A stretch of 64,000 bases of DNA from Hypanus sabinus (taxonomy: Eukaryota), in NCBI RefSeq assembly GCF_030144855.1, contig NC_082721.1, forward strand, positions 20,956,001 through 21,020,000. Reading direction: 5' to 3'. The notes under the pieces were generated by a model. It was not told the origin of the DNA and searched no databases. It saw nothing but the letters and a program-made list of their open reading frames with translations. This document shows positions 61,755 to 64,000 of the stretch, piece by piece. Each line of letters opens with the position of its first letter. Position 1 is the first letter of the stretch. The translations under genes were made by a program, and so were the position numbers.

Positions 61755-62160
61755 TGTTGCAATGAGCGACTGGAGTGAACCCAAGTGCAGGACACAGGCA
61801 CGGAGACTGGGTTGGGATGCTTACATGGGCGTAAACCCAGAACAGCAAGCAGGAGAGATCTTGGCATGGAGCCTTGATATGGAACCTTGACATGGAGCTT
61901 TGACTCAGAGACTTGACCCGGAACCTTGACTCAGAGAAACAGAGTCTCATAGGTAAACCTTGAAACTGGAACTAAACTTAGAATAAACGATTCAAAGCGG
62001 TCGGGGAACGTAGTTTACTCACAGGAAAAATGACTAACAAACTGGTGGCGTGGTTGTGATGTAGAGGTTCTTATACTGAGTCTTTGATGGAAACCAGTTG
62101 TGCCAACATCAAAGAGAATTGGAGCAATTTGGGAAATTAACGATCGGGACCATGGCATAA
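61755..62160 (-). mobile_element. LTR-like element related to 24887-25749
   Basis: Minus-strand end gtcctgcacttgggttca...caaca resembles gtcctgcatttgggtcca at 25713-25730. Internal ggaaccttga repeats. Confidence 0.5.
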
Positions 62161-62161
62161 T

Positions 62162-63490
62162 CAAAGTAAGTTTGCTGATGACACAAAGGTTGGGGGTGTT
62201 GTGCTTGGTCTGGAGGGTTGTCAGAGGTTACAGCGGAACATTGGTAGGATGCAGAACTGGGTTGAGAAGTGGCAGATGGAGTTCAACCCAGATAAGTGTG
62301 AACTGGTTCATTTTGAGAGGTCAAATTTGAGGACAGAATATAATATTAATGGTAAGACTCTTGGCCATGTGGAGGACCTGAGAGATCTTGGGGTCCGTGT
62401 CCATATAGGACACTCAAAGCTGCTGCACAGGTTGACAATGTCAACAAGGCATGTGGTGTGTTGGCATTCATCAACTGTGGGATTGAGTTCAAGAGCTGGG
62501 AGGGACTGTTACAGCTATATAAGACCTTGGTCAGACCCCACTTGGAGTAAACAAGAAACACAGAGAACCTACAGCACAATACAAGCCCCTCAACCCATAA
62601 TGCTGTGCTGAACATCTACTTACTTTAGAAATTACTTTGGGTCACCCATAGCCCTCTATTTTTCTAAGCTCCATGTACCTATCCAGGAGTCACTTAAAAA
62701 ACCCTTTCGTATCTGCCTCCACCACCACCGCTGAGTCCATACCATGCACTCACCACTCTATTTAAAAACTGACATCTCCTCTGTACCTGCTTCCAAGCAC
62801 CTTAATACTGTGCCCTCTTGTGTTAGCCATTTCAGCCCTGGGAAAAACCCTCTGACTACCCACACGATCAATGCCTCTCATCATCTTATGCACCTCTATC
62901 AGGTCACCTCTCATCCTCCTTCACTCCAAGGAGAAAAGGCCGAGTTCACTCAACCACTGTGTGCTGTGGACACTCAGTACTGTGTTCATTTCTGGTCACC
63001 TCACTACAGGAAAGATGTGGTTACTATGGAGAGTGCAGAGAAGATTGACAACGATGTTGCCTGCAATGGAGGGTGTACCTTATGAGAATAGGTTGAGTGA
63101 ACTTGGCTTTTTCTCCTTGGAGCAATGGAGGTGACTTGACAGAGATGTATAAGATGATGAGGGGCATTGATCATGAGGATAGCCAGAGGCTTTTTCCCAG
63201 GGCTGAAATGGCTAACACGAGAAGGCAAAGTGTTAAGGTGCTTGGAAATAGGTACCGAGGGAAAGTTAGGGGTAAGTTTTTCACACAGAGAGTGTTGGCG
63301 GATGTGGTGGAAGTGGATACAACAGGGTCTTTTAAAAGACACTTAGATAGGTACATGGAGCCTAGAAAAATAGAAGGTTATGCGCTAAGGAAATTCTAGA
63401 CAGTTTCTAGAGTAGGTTACATGGTCAGCACAACATTGTGGGCCAAAGGGCCTGTAATGTGCTGTAGATTTCTATGATTTCTATGATTTC
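62162..63490 (+). mobile_element. CR1 3' half with an antisense copy of the same subfamily inserted at ~62550-62975
   Basis: KFADDTK, WVEKWQMEFNPDKCELVHF, LVRPHLE|YCVHFWSPHYRKDV, GDLTEMYKMMRGID, (TTCTATGA)n tail. Confidence 0.9.
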
Positions 63491-64000
63491 CACTTGAAAC
63501 CTTCTCTCAATTAGTTCAAATCTGTGATGGTTAATTTCTAACCCTTCTAATAAGGGAAATAGCTCTGTCCTAGTTATTTCAAGGTTAAAAATTCAAAGTA
63601 AATTTATTATATATACGATTATAAATGTACTAGATGTCACCATACACAGTACTACCCTGAGATTTATTTTCTTGCAGGCATTCCCAGTTGAACAAATAAA
63701 TAAGTTCTGATGAAGATGGAAGGATTCCATGTGCACAACATATGCCTTTGTAGTAAACAAGATTTAAAAATGTGCCCATTAAAGAGGATGAACAGATATT
63801 ATCTACGGTATTTAAATTTCCAAACTACTTTAGCCACCTTTGAAGTCACAGACTTAGTCAAGAATACTTTCCATATGAATTAACACAATGTCAGAAAACC
63901 TTCAGGAAATCTTAGGCATTTGGCAGCTCTGAGAGTATTTATCAAGAAAATATGATTCAGTCACTATCTCAAGCATAACTTCTTCCTCCAGAAAAGCTGG

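Noticed and set aside
1-64000. CRISPR arrays, prokaryotic operons, antigen-receptor segments, rRNA
   Set aside because: No regularly spaced repeat-spacer array, no dense ORFs, and no Ig-like frames or rRNA similarity seen.

Overview
Eukaryotic, repeat-saturated vertebrate DNA with one 265-N assembly gap (22939-23203). The repeat mix (CR1/HER1-type LINEs, V-domain tRNA-SINEs, Rex1/Babar LINEs, Penelope-like elements) points to a cartilaginous fish, probably a ray; this is an inference from remembered family consensus, not a search result. Nearly all listed ORFs are decayed transposon pieces or noise. The only convincing host-gene candidate is a minus-strand spliced gene downstream of a CpG-rich island (~7.8-8.5 kb). 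Two unique-sequence ORFs (7468-7224 and 6057-5727) join in frame across a GT-AG phase-2 intron to give a 191-aa protein I do not recognise. Most interesting TE observations: (1) Penelope termini carry a minimal hammerhead ribozyme and recur as ~120-200 bp fold-back units, two of which turn over at the ribozyme itself; (2) an R4/Dong-clade restriction-endonuclease retrotransposon sits on a (TAA)n run supplied by an L2 tail; (3) bipartite RTE elements share a structured 5' module that may be a ribozyme; (4) five Tc1 derivatives keep only the DNA-binding domain; (5) there are several multi-layer nested insertions. Boundaries of decayed repeats are approximate (tens of bp) unless a TSD or TIR is quoted.
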